Source of the DNA: Amoebophrya sp. A120
Lineage: Eukaryota > Protista > Dinoflagellata
Direction of reading: 5' to 3'
NCBI GenBank assembly: GCA_905178155.1
Contig: CAJINV010000018.1
Coordinates: 848,609 to 912,608, forward strand
DNA: 64,000 nucleotides
The notes under the pieces are model-generated. The model was not told the DNA's origin, did no database searches, and was given only the letters and a program-made list of their open reading frames with translations. Below, piece after piece: positions 24,801 through 36,288 of this stretch. The first letter of the stretch is position 1. Each line of letters starts with the position of its first letter. The translations under genes were made by a program, and so were the position numbers.

Positions 24801-27800
24801 TCTGCGGAATCCTCCCCCGAAATCGAGGCACTGCCGTCGGGGAAAGGGCGCGGGGGACGGCTCAACTTGGGCCAGAGGATTCCTGAGAGGATTTTGGAAT
24901 CCTCTGCGGAATCCTCTGCGGGATCCTCTGCGAAAATGTGCGCCGGTTTGCCGGGGCCGCCAGGTTGCTCGCAATCCGCAGCCGACTGTGGCGATCTGGG
25001 CGCACGAGACTGCAACGCAGACGCGGCGCGGTTGTGCAAACAAACAGCAGCGGAGTCCTTGCGCGCGCCGCGTTTTCGGTTGCATTGCAACACACTTTAG
25101 CACGAGCTAAGCCGAAGGTTTCCCGGGAAACCTTAAACGACCTTGCCCGAGCGGAATCCATTGATTTCTGGGTCTCACAGCGTCACTTTCTCTTTTTTTA
25201 AGAATCAAACTCACTTCTATTAACTTTAACTTTTATTAGAATGGTGCCAGTGCCAGTCATCCACCTCGTCACGAGCATAATTTCTGACCTGGTGATAAAA
25301 TTGAAATTCTCATTGCAAAAAACGGCTCTTGATCTTCCGCAATACCGCGTCAGCTGCTGCGGCTGCGATTCGGCTTTTGGGTTGTTTCTCAGCCTCTGTG
25401 CTTCCCCCTTGTGTGTCAATATCGTGTGGTCCTTGGAAAGCGCCACCGCACCAAAGGTACTGCCCTCGCTCTGGCTTTCCTCGCGGCTCGCAAGCACTAC
25501 ACGGGAATCCCCGATAGAACCGACCACGACCCACGATTCTTCTTCTTCGGCCGGAGTTGGACTTTTTGCTGCGCTACTCGGCGTCATCGCAGGTTGGCCT
25601 GGGGAGTGGAAAACCGCACGTGGTCATCAGCAGGAGGTACTTACTTAATAGCAGCATGTTGTGCGTGCCATACTCATCAAATGGTACTAGTGTGAAAAAA
25701 AACATCGACGTCCTATCTAACCACTTACCTTTCAATCGCAGCAGCAGTGCCAGCGCCGCAGACGCACCGTCCCCGAGTTTCAGCAACCCTTCGCCTTCTC
25801 CTCCACCGCTCGCGTTGTTTCTACCACTACTTCCTCTTGACATCGCACCCAGTTATGCAATGCAAAAGCATCGTACTGGTAGTGCAATACAAATTTCCTC
25901 AGCATTAGAAATGGAATTCGTAATGCGAGTTTACCTTGATACCTTGATACCTGAATTTGCAATTAGTACTAGTACGATGCTTTTTCATTGCATACCAGTT
26001 CCCCCTGCACGATTTCGAAGGCTTCCGCCAACACCGCCTGCGGGTTCTGGAAAATCAAAGGGTGGGAAAACATATCCTGTGCAAAAGCATTGTATTCGTA
26101 CTAGTTCTACTATGAAATGCATTACAAATTGAGTTAGCATTACAAATTGAATTTGTAATGCGGATTTGCCGTGAGATGAAAATTTGTAATGCATAAACGC
26201 GATTCGTACGAGTGCGATACTTTTGCAATGCATAAAACACCAGCTCCGCCATCCTTTGCTTGCAGTGGCGGCTGCACGTACTCCCGTTTTCGCCGAACCC
26301 GTCAAACACCGCGTAGAGCGCGATAAAGCCCTCGTTCCGCACGGTGGACAGCCAGTTGTTCGAAGATGCTGTTCCACTGGAGGAGGAGGAAGAGGATGAT
26401 GCGCTTGCTGTGGCCGCACGAGTGTTGGCACTTCCTGTTGCTGCGTGGTCTCCACCTTCCCCGATAGTTGTAGTCGTCACGATCGGACTCCTCTGCATGG
26501 CGAGCAGGAAGTCGTCCTGATTCACGGTTTTGGGGTTGCCACGGAGAGAGACCAGCCGTATGCCCAGCTTCTCCGTCCTCGTCAGAGCCGTGTCCGGGTA
26601 GCAGCTGTAACGCTTCTCCCCCGGAGAGGAGGCTTGCTCCACGCCCTGGATGATATGGCATTCTCAAACGTGACATTCTCAACCGTTACATAAATTTGTC
26701 ATGCAAGACTACCTTAAGCCGCGAGATGATCAAGCTGCTTCGCATGACAAATCTGCAAGAGGGGGCTAAACAGCATCTAAATCTGTGCCAAAGCTGTGAT
26801 GCGAAAGCAGCAACCTTGCCCCTTTGACTGTTGCCATTCTTGCATCACAAATTCATGCAACAGTTGAGAGTGTAACAGCTGAGAACGCCATAGATGACGA
26901 AAACCCAATCGGACTCCTGCTCTGGCTCGGCCGCGGGAAGGTGTATCGAATTTGAAAACGTCCCCACCCCAGAGTTGTCATGCAAGTCTGCATGCTGAAA
27001 ATGTTTGTCATGCGGAGCCCCATGAGAAGCATTTTCCATTCGTGTCTTGGAATTTGTCATGCTCCAATCAGCATGATATACTAGATCTGTGATGCTGCTC
27101 AGATAGCTCAAACAGCACTACACTACAAGTCGAAATTTGTCATGCAAAACAGCCAAACCTTGTGGATTTGTCTAGCCGAGTCCCCATCTTGACTATGGGG
27201 TGGGGACGTTTTTACTCTGGATAAGGTGGTCTACAACTTCTTCGGCACCACTTGGCGCTTGGTCGACAGTGTAATGATCTGCGGGTTGTTGCTTGTTGGC
27301 GAGACGTTCTTCTCGGGTGGTCGTGCCAGCACCGACCACTGCTTGCTCGTCCTGTAGTGCCAGTTCCGCATCCGTCGTTTTCGTCGGTGGCGACGATGGT
27401 TCGTTAGTACCTCCATACTGAAGATCTCCTTGCTGTGAAACTACACTTTGGTGTTCCGCCGGGGACGAGGCAGCGGACGAGCTGCTGATGTTCAACATTT
27501 TTCCGCTTCTCGTCTCCATCTTCAAAAGCCCGCGCAGTTTTTCGTTTTCCACGCGGAAAAATTCCACCTTTTTCACCGACTGCCTCGCCTCGAGCCGCAA
27601 CTTGTCGACCTCGAGCTCCAGGTTCTTGCACTTTTCCGTTAGACAATCGCACTGCTCGGCCTTCCTCTGCAACTCTTGGCGTAGCGTGTCCAGAATCAGG
27701 GTCTGTTCGCCCCCCGTCGGGGCGACGAGTGTAGTACCAGTTGCGCCGGAAGTAGTTGTACTACCGCCGCGGCCGTTCGGGTGAAAGGACGTAGAGGACG

Positions 27801-30443
27801 ATGAAGATGAACCCGTGGTACTCGCGACCCCTCTGCTAGACGTATGGTTTTGGTTCCCTGCTCCGTGCAAGATGTTACTTGCCGAGTTCGACCTCTGACG
27901 GGCTCCGTTTAATACACCTTGTCGGCTTCCCCTCTCTGGACTAGCCCGACCGCGCAAAGGGGTTGTGTTCGCAGACGCTGAGACCGCGTTAGATGTAGTT
28001 GTTCCCCGAACAGGCGTTGCGCGCCGCCGCGTTCTGCTGTTTTCGCGAGTTGCAGTAGAGCCGGGGGCTCCTCCGCCCATGTGGTGATTGCTCGGGACGC
28101 GGCGCGCCGGGGAGGCCGTGGGCTCTCGACGGTCGGACCGACCTGTGTAGAAGTTTCGAGGGAGCAGTTATATTTCAGGTGCAGGAACGGATGACAACTT
28201 CCTACTGCCCTGTGATCACAGGGAAAAAAATAAGAAACGCGAGCGTCGAAGCAGCATATTAACAACTCTACGTATGTCTATTTTTTGATGATCACGTACG
28301 AAGAACGGTAGTTCCTATCAAGAGTACTACCACGTTGCAGGCTTGATTCCCGGCTATTGTACTGCAGAGTTGTCCGATCCTGGCTGCGTAAGCTAGCCCG
28401 TCGCGCCGCGTTCTGTGGCCCTGTGTGGGGTACTACTAGATTGTTAAGAGGCGTGCCCGCAGCAGAGGAGCCGGTCGCTCCGCCCCCGCCGGGTGTCGTC
28501 CCGTTCATATTTTGGCCACCAACAACTCCGCCACCCGGTCCGGCCGGCGGCCGCAGCATCTTCTTGTTCTTCAACGCACTCAGCGCGTTCGCCAATGGCG
28601 CGGACAGATTCTGACTTCCGTTCAAGTCTTGGTCACCCAGAGCTGCTATCAAATGTAAAAAGGTCTGGGTCTGGAAGGTGGTAACTTGTGATGCTGTCTT
28701 TGGATTCCAAAAAAATCTGTCTTGCATGACTAGCAAAAGGAGTCCAGTTTGTGCTACACGGGGAGGGCATTTCTCATGCGGAATAAGCATCAGGAAGCCT
28801 TCTAAAAATCTGGGATGCTAGGGCGTGCATTACAGGCGTCATTGGACATGCAAAATATGCATGACAAACCTGGCAATCTTCCAGACCCAGACATTTTTGC
28901 ATTTTATAGCTGCACCTTCATCTCCGTGATCCGCGTGTTTTAGTGCTTGTGCCAGGACGCTCTTCTTGTTCGGCTGATTCGCATTCGCTCGCTGGTGGTG
29001 GTGTTGACCGCCCCTGCTATAGTTCTTTCTGGCGACCGACGGTCCGCCGCTGGGTTGCCTTTGTGGGTGCAGCTGCGAAGATGTGTTATAAAAATTCTGT
29101 TCGGCGTCTTCGCTATGACGTTCTCAAATGTTACATTCTCAACTGTTACATGATTTGTCATCCAAATTTGCCACCAAGATCGCCACGATTAAGCTGCTTC
29201 GCATGACAAATATCCGAAGGGCTAAACAGCATCTAAATCTGTGCCAAATCTGTAATGCAAAAGGCGCAGTCTTCCTCCTTTCATTTTTGCCGTTCTTGCA
29301 TTTACAAATTTATGTAACAGTTGAGAATGTAACATTTGAGAACGCCATATTCGCTATCAAGATGGTACGAAGTGTATCCCTCTACAACTTCACCGCCCGG
29401 AGTAGACGACAAAGCTTGCGTCGGTCTCGTTGTTCCGGTGGCAGATGAACCACCTCCGATGATTCCCGTGCTGCCGAAGTTCTGCAAAACGGCCCCGCCA
29501 CGCGGTGGATTAGAAGTCGTTGTAACGAGGTTGACGCTGGGCACCAATATGCCCGCGACGAGCTCCTCCTGTCGCTTGGCTCTCTCTTGATTTTTCGCAC
29601 GATGGAAATCCGCGAGCTGGCTGTTGGCCACGGTTGTGTTGGGACCCTGATATGAGTTATTTGCTTTTTAGACGACTTTTGTACCACAAAGGAACAAGAC
29701 CTCGTCCATATTTATATTTTTACACCCCTGACGCACATGAAATTGAAAGAGCTCCTCGTCCTCCTTCATTATAGTTTCATCAATTTCCTCCCATCATCAA
29801 CCGGTCAAGAACAAGATGCGTCTTCACGCTTCTATTCTTGCTGCCAAGTACCTTGCCCGGCCCCTCGCCTCCGTGGAAGCTCGGACCATTTAAAGATGGT
29901 CCTCCACCGGTGTTCACCACACCCTCGCTCGAAATCATTATTCCAGATGAGGCGTTCGTCCTGGGTTGCGGCAAGGTTGCTCGGGTACCCGGCGGCGCTA
30001 TCTTAAACTGGAGAAGATCTGGAAGAGGTCGTGGGATACAGAGAATGAAAAGTAACTTACAGCATCGGCGAATTATGCATACATACTTATAGAAGTGATT
30101 CATCAGATGTACATAAAAGAAAGTCCTGGTAAGACCGTTCAAAAATACTCCGGCTCGCCTGCTGCGGCAGCACTGGCTGCGTGACTTGCATCGAGTAGTT
30201 GGGTTTCGGACCTGCTCCTGTACTAGACGACGAGGAGCTGCTTGCCCCGCTGGCGCCTGACAGCATGACGGACGCCATGGGCGCTTTCAGGGGTGGCGTG
30301 TTGGCGAGCACTGGACGGGGATTCTTCATTTGCTGCAAACCTGTTGCACTCGTTGTGCTCGTCCCGGCGATGGTGTGAGCGCCGTGCTGACCGCCGCCCT
30401 GCTGGGGCCGCGTCATGCGCGGCTGTTTCGGAGACTCCAACAT
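21840..30443 (-). CDS. PP2C (PPM)-family phosphatase-like protein with long low-complexity/coiled-coil N-terminus
   Basis: NQDDF, YAVFDGFGENG, VGSIGDSRVVL, ALSKDHT..GEAQRL, ITR|HLG, LLILGTKGLWN, DDVTAIAVSL*; 5' exons linked by in-frame introner removal; start approximate. Confidence 0.8.
21971..22189. mobile_element. Introner family E
   Basis: TSD attgc/attgc. Confidence 0.92.
22275..22535. mobile_element. Introner family B
   Basis: TSD cttca/cttca. Confidence 0.92.
22721..23591 (+). repeat. GC-rich minisatellite built on GGGGATCCGCC (about 19-20-bp units)
   Basis: Dozens of copies directly visible. Confidence 0.95.
23990..24935 (+). repeat. Tandem repeat of about 120-145-bp units with a variable number of 12-bp GGAATCCTCTGY subunits
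   Basis: Recurring AACTTGGGCCAGAGGATTCCTGAGAGGATTTTGGAATCC. Confidence 0.95.
25854..25994. mobile_element. Introner family A
   Basis: TSD ccagt/ccagt. Confidence 0.9.
26073..26234. mobile_element. Introner family A
   Basis: TSD aaaca/aaaca. Confidence 0.9.
26654..26892. mobile_element. Introner family C
   Basis: TSD gatga/gatga. Confidence 0.92.
26944..27223. mobile_element. Introner family D
   Basis: TSD aggtg/aggtg. Confidence 0.92.
28647..28908. mobile_element. Introner family B
   Basis: TSD gctgc/gctgc. Confidence 0.92.
29114..29349. mobile_element. Introner family C
   Basis: TSD ttcgc/ttcgc. Confidence 0.92.
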
Positions 30444-31348
30444 ATCAGCTTTACACACTCTCGCTCCCTCAATGCAGCGCCTCTAGCAAGACGACTGAGG
30501 CTCGCCGGTGCTTCCGCTTTCGAAAAGGGATAGTTAGACTGATGGCTGTGGACGAAGCGGAACTGGTATTACCTACTTACTTCAATTTGCTGTCCTTCAA
30601 TTCCGCTCACTCACTGATGCTGCCTACTCGCGCATTCCGCGCGCGCGCCTTTACCTTTAGAAGAGTGGCTCTCTTTACAAGACAAAAAGTTCTTGAACAT
30701 CCGCCGAGCCCCGCACCACGAAAGAGCAGCCCGGAAGCAAGGCTTCGACGGGAGAGTAAGCTTGCTCAGCGTTAGTTTCAAAGTACCTACTTACATCGTA
30801 GCAACACTAGCTTCCATAATTTTTCTTTCTGCAAAAATAAGTTCACTAACTTCGCAAAATAAGAGTAGCTCTTCGTATCTTGTTCCACCTGTCGCTGATG
30901 TTGCGGAGCAGGGTCATTCTTTCGCTTTTGTTGAAGAGCGTACTTAGTCGATTCGGCACGGATACTTACACGTCATGGGGGGTGGAAGATAAAAAGAACC
31001 ACGACGACATCAGCGAGAGTCTATTTATTATCCGTTGTCCTCGCCTCTGTTCATTTCTTTCAAGTATGAGAATGGGTATCTTCAAGGTGAAGGTCGTGTA
31101 AAAGATGGCACACCAAAATATTCAGCTTCTTCTAACTCACCTTGGCTTTACTTCGGTTTAGCTTTACAAGTTCTGCACATGATAAAAAACACAGGTGGTC
31201 AAGATGAAGATGAACCAACCCAGAAATAGAAGGAGCGGGTCACATAGATTTGCTTTGTTGAGGTGAGAACTATAGAAAGTAAAGTAGCAGTGTATTCATT
31301 GATGAAAAAGAACCTTTCCTAATTTGCGAGTGAAGGTGAAAAGTTCCG

Positions 31349-33333
31349 TCACAGCCGCGACAACACCTTGGTTGTCGTCGCCCCGCCAGCCGCTCTCTTC
31401 TTGTTGTACTCCATCACACTATTCCGGGCCTGTCGGTATCCTGTGCAAAAGTATCGTACTCGTATTCTTGCAATCACGCATTACGTATTTTAGTGAAGGT
31501 AAATCAGCATTACAAATTTTATTTTTCATGCTGAGGAAATTTGTAATGCATTTTATACGAGTACGATACTTTTGCAATTCATAGTCGGCTCCGCGCGGCC
31601 GTTTCCGTGACGTCCTCGTGGCGGTCGAATTCTAGGGTCGCAGTTATCAAATGCAAAAGTATCGCACTCGTAGTAATTGCAGTCATGCATTACAAATTTC
31701 TTTGCTAAGGTAAATCCGCATGACAAGTTTCATTTCTCATGCTGAGGAAATTTGTAATGCATTTAAATTTATACGAGTACGATGCTTTTGCAATGCATAG
31801 CAGTCAGGCAGACCCGATTCGTGACATCCAGACAGTACACCTCACACACCACGGTATGTTGTTGATCATCTTCCGGGTGTAGTTGTTCTTGCGGTAGTTC
31901 TAGTTTCTTAGATGTCACAACTTCGGGGCCGAGTTTTCTTGGCTGTTCGAGTTCATCCTGCCCGTGGAGAGTACTATCAAGTTCTTGTTCCTGCGGCTCT
32001 TTTCCCCCGACTTCCACCACGTCTCTGCCTGCAAACAGGTCCTCCTCCCGGTTTTCGACCACACTCGCGACCCAGAGGTACCGGAACTTTTCCCCGGAGA
32101 AAAGGGCGTAGTGCTTTTGGACAGAAACGTTGGTCAGCACGTAGTCCAGCCCGCGCGTGTTGTCCATCAGCAAATCAAGGTACCGCATGACGGTCCGGTA
32201 GGCAATTTCCTCCAGACACCCGGTCACGAAGGCCGTGTGCACCTCAAAGCCCCCGTGTTTCTCTTCCAGCGAGGGGTGGTGAATCTCCTCATAGTCCAGG
32301 GAACTAGTAGTTGCCGTCAAAGAACTGCGAGCAGCCGTCGTTTTATTTGCCGACGATGAAGTTCTTGCAGGTGATGAAGAGCCTTCTGGCGCACTTTCTT
32401 CAATACTCGCTGTCGTGGCCGCCTTATTCATCGGCACCCTCTCCGTGAACCGGTCCCTTGTGTCGAGCAGAAAACTCACATCCCAGAAAAGCGAGCAGGA
32501 GTCCCGAATCCAGTTTTTCAGTTGCTTTTGGCCTGCTGCTTGTCTTGTCGAATAAACGGGCACATCATCAACTACTTGCGATGGTTGCAAGTTCTCATTG
32601 GAAGTCGTGGGCGAAAGCACCAAATGAGAAGTACTTGAAGATGTTCTTGCCCCCGCCGGGGTGACAGTTGTTGACTCATCACGCCCCCGTGCGTTGTTCC
32701 TCGCCGCCCCATCCGCCTGCTGTCCTCCTGCCCTCGCGAAGTCCTCGAGGGAGCACTCCTTCACCCAGGATTTGTTGTGGATCAGGATCAGCGACCGGTA
32801 CCGGGAAAGCCACAAGCGCACCCGGGAAATGCCGTCGATCCCCGCGGTGTCGATATCTGGGGGAAACACCTATGCAATGCAAAAGCATCGTACTCGTATA
32901 GATGCATTACAAATTTCCTCAGCATGAGAAATGAAATTTGTAAATTTGCCTTGGAGGCAGGATTTGTAATGCAAGACTTGCATTTTTTATACGAGTACGA
33001 TACTTTTGCACAGGATAACACCGCGTGGTTCGTGATGTGCTTGGCCATCCAATGCGGATAGTCGAGCAAGATTTCCGTCAGCTTGTGCTCGCCGGACGAA
33101 GCAGTGGCAGTGCCACCGCCACCACCATAGTTGCCGGTCGTGTAGGACGCTCTTGGAACTACGGGGGCGGGGAAGTTTGCGTTCGAGGACCGTTGTGCAG
33201 AACCAGCTCCACTATCGGGGACACCAGGTACCACCTGGCCGCTCCGCGTTTTTGCGAAGAATGGAAAAACAACGGCGCCACTCCGCCTCCTCTTACGCGG
33301 GCCGTTATTGTTGTTTCCATTATTTCGAAACAT
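31349..33333 (-). CDS. Uncharacterised protein, 4 exons separated by 3 family A introners
   Basis: Continuous frame after removals: NHAV|FPPDID, CLTA|TLEFD, ARSR|QARNS...VLSRL*. Confidence 0.75.
31437..31583. mobile_element. Introner family A
   Basis: TSD gtcgg/gtcgg. Confidence 0.92.
31645..31799. mobile_element. Introner family A
   Basis: TSD gcagt/gcagt. Confidence 0.92.
32871..33017. mobile_element. Introner family A
   Basis: TSD acacc/acacc. Confidence 0.92.
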
Positions 33334-34389
33334 GATTTAATATTTTAAGTAAATCGAAACCGCGCACCACAGAAAAAGAAATCTGGAAGTGGAGCTGTTC
33401 GTGAATTACTTTTACGCTGACTCACTGGGTCGTGAATAATTTCATGCTAATCGATAAAGATTTTCAATTATTCTTTCATATCATAAGGAAGCTACATATG
33501 TATAAACTGGCTGCGCGCTGTCGTGGGTATTGTATTCTTGGGAGGTACTGTGCATTAATTCATTGCGAGTGGAAATTGACTTCGCCGGGAGGAGGTGTCA
33601 AGAGCTCGCTGTTCCGAATCGCCACAAAAAATCTTTTCACACAGAAGTCACAGTCACTCAAACGCTTTTATTATTCTTACTTCACGCTCACGCATCTTCA
33701 TCATGGCAATCAAAACCGCTCGGCTCGTTCACCAGCCTCTTTGAAGAATTCCACGAAAAAGGTGTTGGTGCGACTCAAATTCCTCTCGGCGTGGGTGAAT
33801 GAGGAGACCTGCGACTACTAACTTAGCCTTAACTTAATCTCCTCTCTCGATGAAGGTATCTCAATGCCGATATTCAATCCAAAACAAGAACAACGCAGCT
33901 TTTCACTGGCTCGTCATCTCTCGCACACGTTTGAACTTCTCACTCTCTCCCCGATGTGGACGTGCTCGAAAACATGTCACGACAACATAAATTGATTCTT
34001 GTGTGCTGGAAGCTACTCCAGCACTGACTGTCCAGCTTTTTACCGAAGAACAGCCAAGCACCACTTCATGTGTCTTCACTGAATCACCCTGACCACGGGC
34101 TATTGTCTTCATCCTGTTCTGAAACTCCTGCGGCGGTGATACAACAGCCGCAAGGGTAGTCTCGCCCAGATTTGCTTTTTCTGTCGTGTGTCGATTGCGT
34201 TCCTGCCCGCGCAAGCGACTGCCGAAGCAGCAACAACCTGCGTCAATCATCGCCGCTTGTGCGATTTTTCGTGCTACTAGCAGCAAAAAAAACCGCAAGC
34301 CACGAAACTTTTATTTGAAGTCGCCTTCGCAATTACACCAGCATCGCTGCCCTCGCAAGGCCAAGAAGGGGGCCTCCGCAGCGCTACTT

Positions 34390-35154
34390 CTATCGTCCCT
34401 TTTCCGTGCCTCCACCCTGCCGTTCGTCCCTCAGGTTTTGATGCAGACGCAGCAGCTTTTCCTCATACAGCCTCTCCGCACGTTCGGCCTCGCTTATCAT
34501 TTCATCAGTAGACGCTCTATCTCCGCCGCAAATGAGTCTTCGACAAGCGTCGAACCCCTCGCGGGAGGTTCTGTCGAGGAAGGGAAAGATCTCCCGCCTC
34601 CAATACACGACGAGCCACGTCTGGTCCAGTTCGTATTCCACAAACACTTTCTGGCGGAACCAGATCCGCCACAGCTTGTATTCGTCGATCAAATCGTCCG
34701 AAAAGTAGTGGAGGAGCAAAGCGGTCACACTATACACCACCGGCCAAAACGGGTTGCGGAACAGGCAATTCAGGTAGTACTCGAAAGCGTCCAGCCCCCG
34801 CAGAGGCAGCTCAGTCTTCACAAACGACGCGCGGTCCTGTTCCCGGGTGCGGTAGTAGTGGCGAGCGTTGCTGTGAACGAGCGAAGTCATGGAAAACCAC
34901 CTGGCAGCAGATGATAGCAACGCGATCCTAGCGGGGAACAAGGAAAAACTAGAAGATCGGATTTTGAAGACATCGTGTTCTTTCGCTAAGATGAACCGCG
35001 CCGTGCTGCAAAGGGCCCCACTTCTGCGCGTTGGCAGTCTTGCCACGGACCAAACACAACAAGGCCTGCAGCATTCCGAGGTGGGAGATCCCGGTCGTGC
35101 AGCCAATGCTCCTTTTGCATTCCCCAGGACGGCGGCGGTGGTCGTCCCCAACAT
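34390..35154 (-). CDS. Uncharacterised protein with one predicted TM segment, possibly mitochondrial
   Basis: 254-aa ORF with coding-like composition, hydrophobic FWPVVYSVTALLLHYF and a charged C-terminal helix. Confidence 0.5.
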   Translation of the reverse strand: MLGTTTAAVLGNAKGALAARPGSPTSECCRPCCVWSVARLPTRRSGALCSTARFILAKEHDVFKIRSSSFSLFPARIALLSSAARWFSMTSLVHSNARHYYRTREQDRASFVKTELPLRGLDAFEYYLNCLFRNPFWPVVYSVTALLLHYFSDDLIDEYKLWRIWFRQKVFVEYELDQTWLVVYWRREIFPFLDRTSREGFDACRRLICGGDRASTDEMISEAERAERLYEEKLLRLHQNLRDERQGGGTEKGR

Positions 35155-36288
35155 TACGGCAGCGCTCTCCTCGGTGTTGGAGTTGGAGTTCTTGGGGGTT
35201 TCATCTTACATTCTGTTCTCCCATTTTTGCCATTGATGTGGAGAAGCCGTACACAAAATATCTCCTTGACTGCAATCAACATGTCGATCAAAAATTCTCT
35301 GGTGACCACGCCACTCGCGTTCTGGTGTCCTTTGCAGGTGGGTGCGGGTCGTGCCTCAAAGCTCCATAACCTCATCAAAACATCTACTCAGCGTGAGGGT
35401 GTATATATAGATTTCTTCTTTTAGACGAGCACGACACGCCTGCAGATGTTGAGCTGCAATTACTACGAAGAACCCACAACTACATCCTCGCTCTATTAAG
35501 AACAAGATGGCACCGCAATAGACTGCATGTGCCCCCTACTACAAGCCGGCGGCCAGCACACGTCATCATCTCCTGTGCTTTTTCTTTTTGATAGCTGCGA
35601 TATTTTCTTCTTATTTTGTCAACACACACTTCCTACTTTGGGAAGCAGAGATGTGGGTTTCTCATTTACATAATTCGTGGTAACATGTCCCGTAGTGATG
35701 GTCGTTCCGAATGAATGTCCCATGATGAAGAAATGAGAACGCCGTGGTACTTGGTACTTAGACCTCCCGGCTGCTTCATCCTCCGGCGGACGCGACACAG
35801 TCCGTGACGCCCGCCATCAGGACCGGTCGCGGGTAATCGGGATGAAAAATCTTGTGTAACCAGGGTTAGTTGGTTACGGTTCGTACTACTTCTACTGCCA
35901 GCCACGATGTTGGGATGTGAAAGATTGAATGACGACTACCTGTACCTACTCAGTGTCGTCGTCTTCGATTAGGATTATTCGAAAAAAATACGGGGGGGGT
36001 ATGGAACGCCAACGCGGCAGGCACAGTAGTCGGTGAGACCACGATGCGCGGAGCAGAGAATGAATTCATATCTGCTTCACCTCTTCACCAGGACTAGAAG
36101 TAGCCGTATCGCGGAGCGGACGCGCAAACTGAACAAAATGGCCGCGTGTCGTGCAGTTAGTAGAAAAAATTAATAATTGTCGCCGTGGGGAACAAATATG
36201 ATGAATAAAATCGGGAGCAGCAGCTCTTCGTTCACATCAGAATAACAGCACGCCCTGACCCTGTGGTCGCGGTCTTTATAATTGGCCC

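Larger units (their letters stand above)
22601..25192. mobile_element. 2.6-kb non-autonomous TIR DNA transposon (MULE/hAT-like), satellite-filled, inside canonical intron 22586-25288
   Basis: TIRs GAGAcccTGACGCTcTGAGACCCA vs reverse complement GAGAaagTGACGCTgTGAGACCCA; 8-bp TSD ttttttta on both sides. Confidence 0.75.

Noticed and set aside
22696-25161. Long ORFs (237-548 aa) over the GC-rich arrays
   Set aside because: Open in several frames on both strands only because the repeats lack stop codons; no domain-like content.
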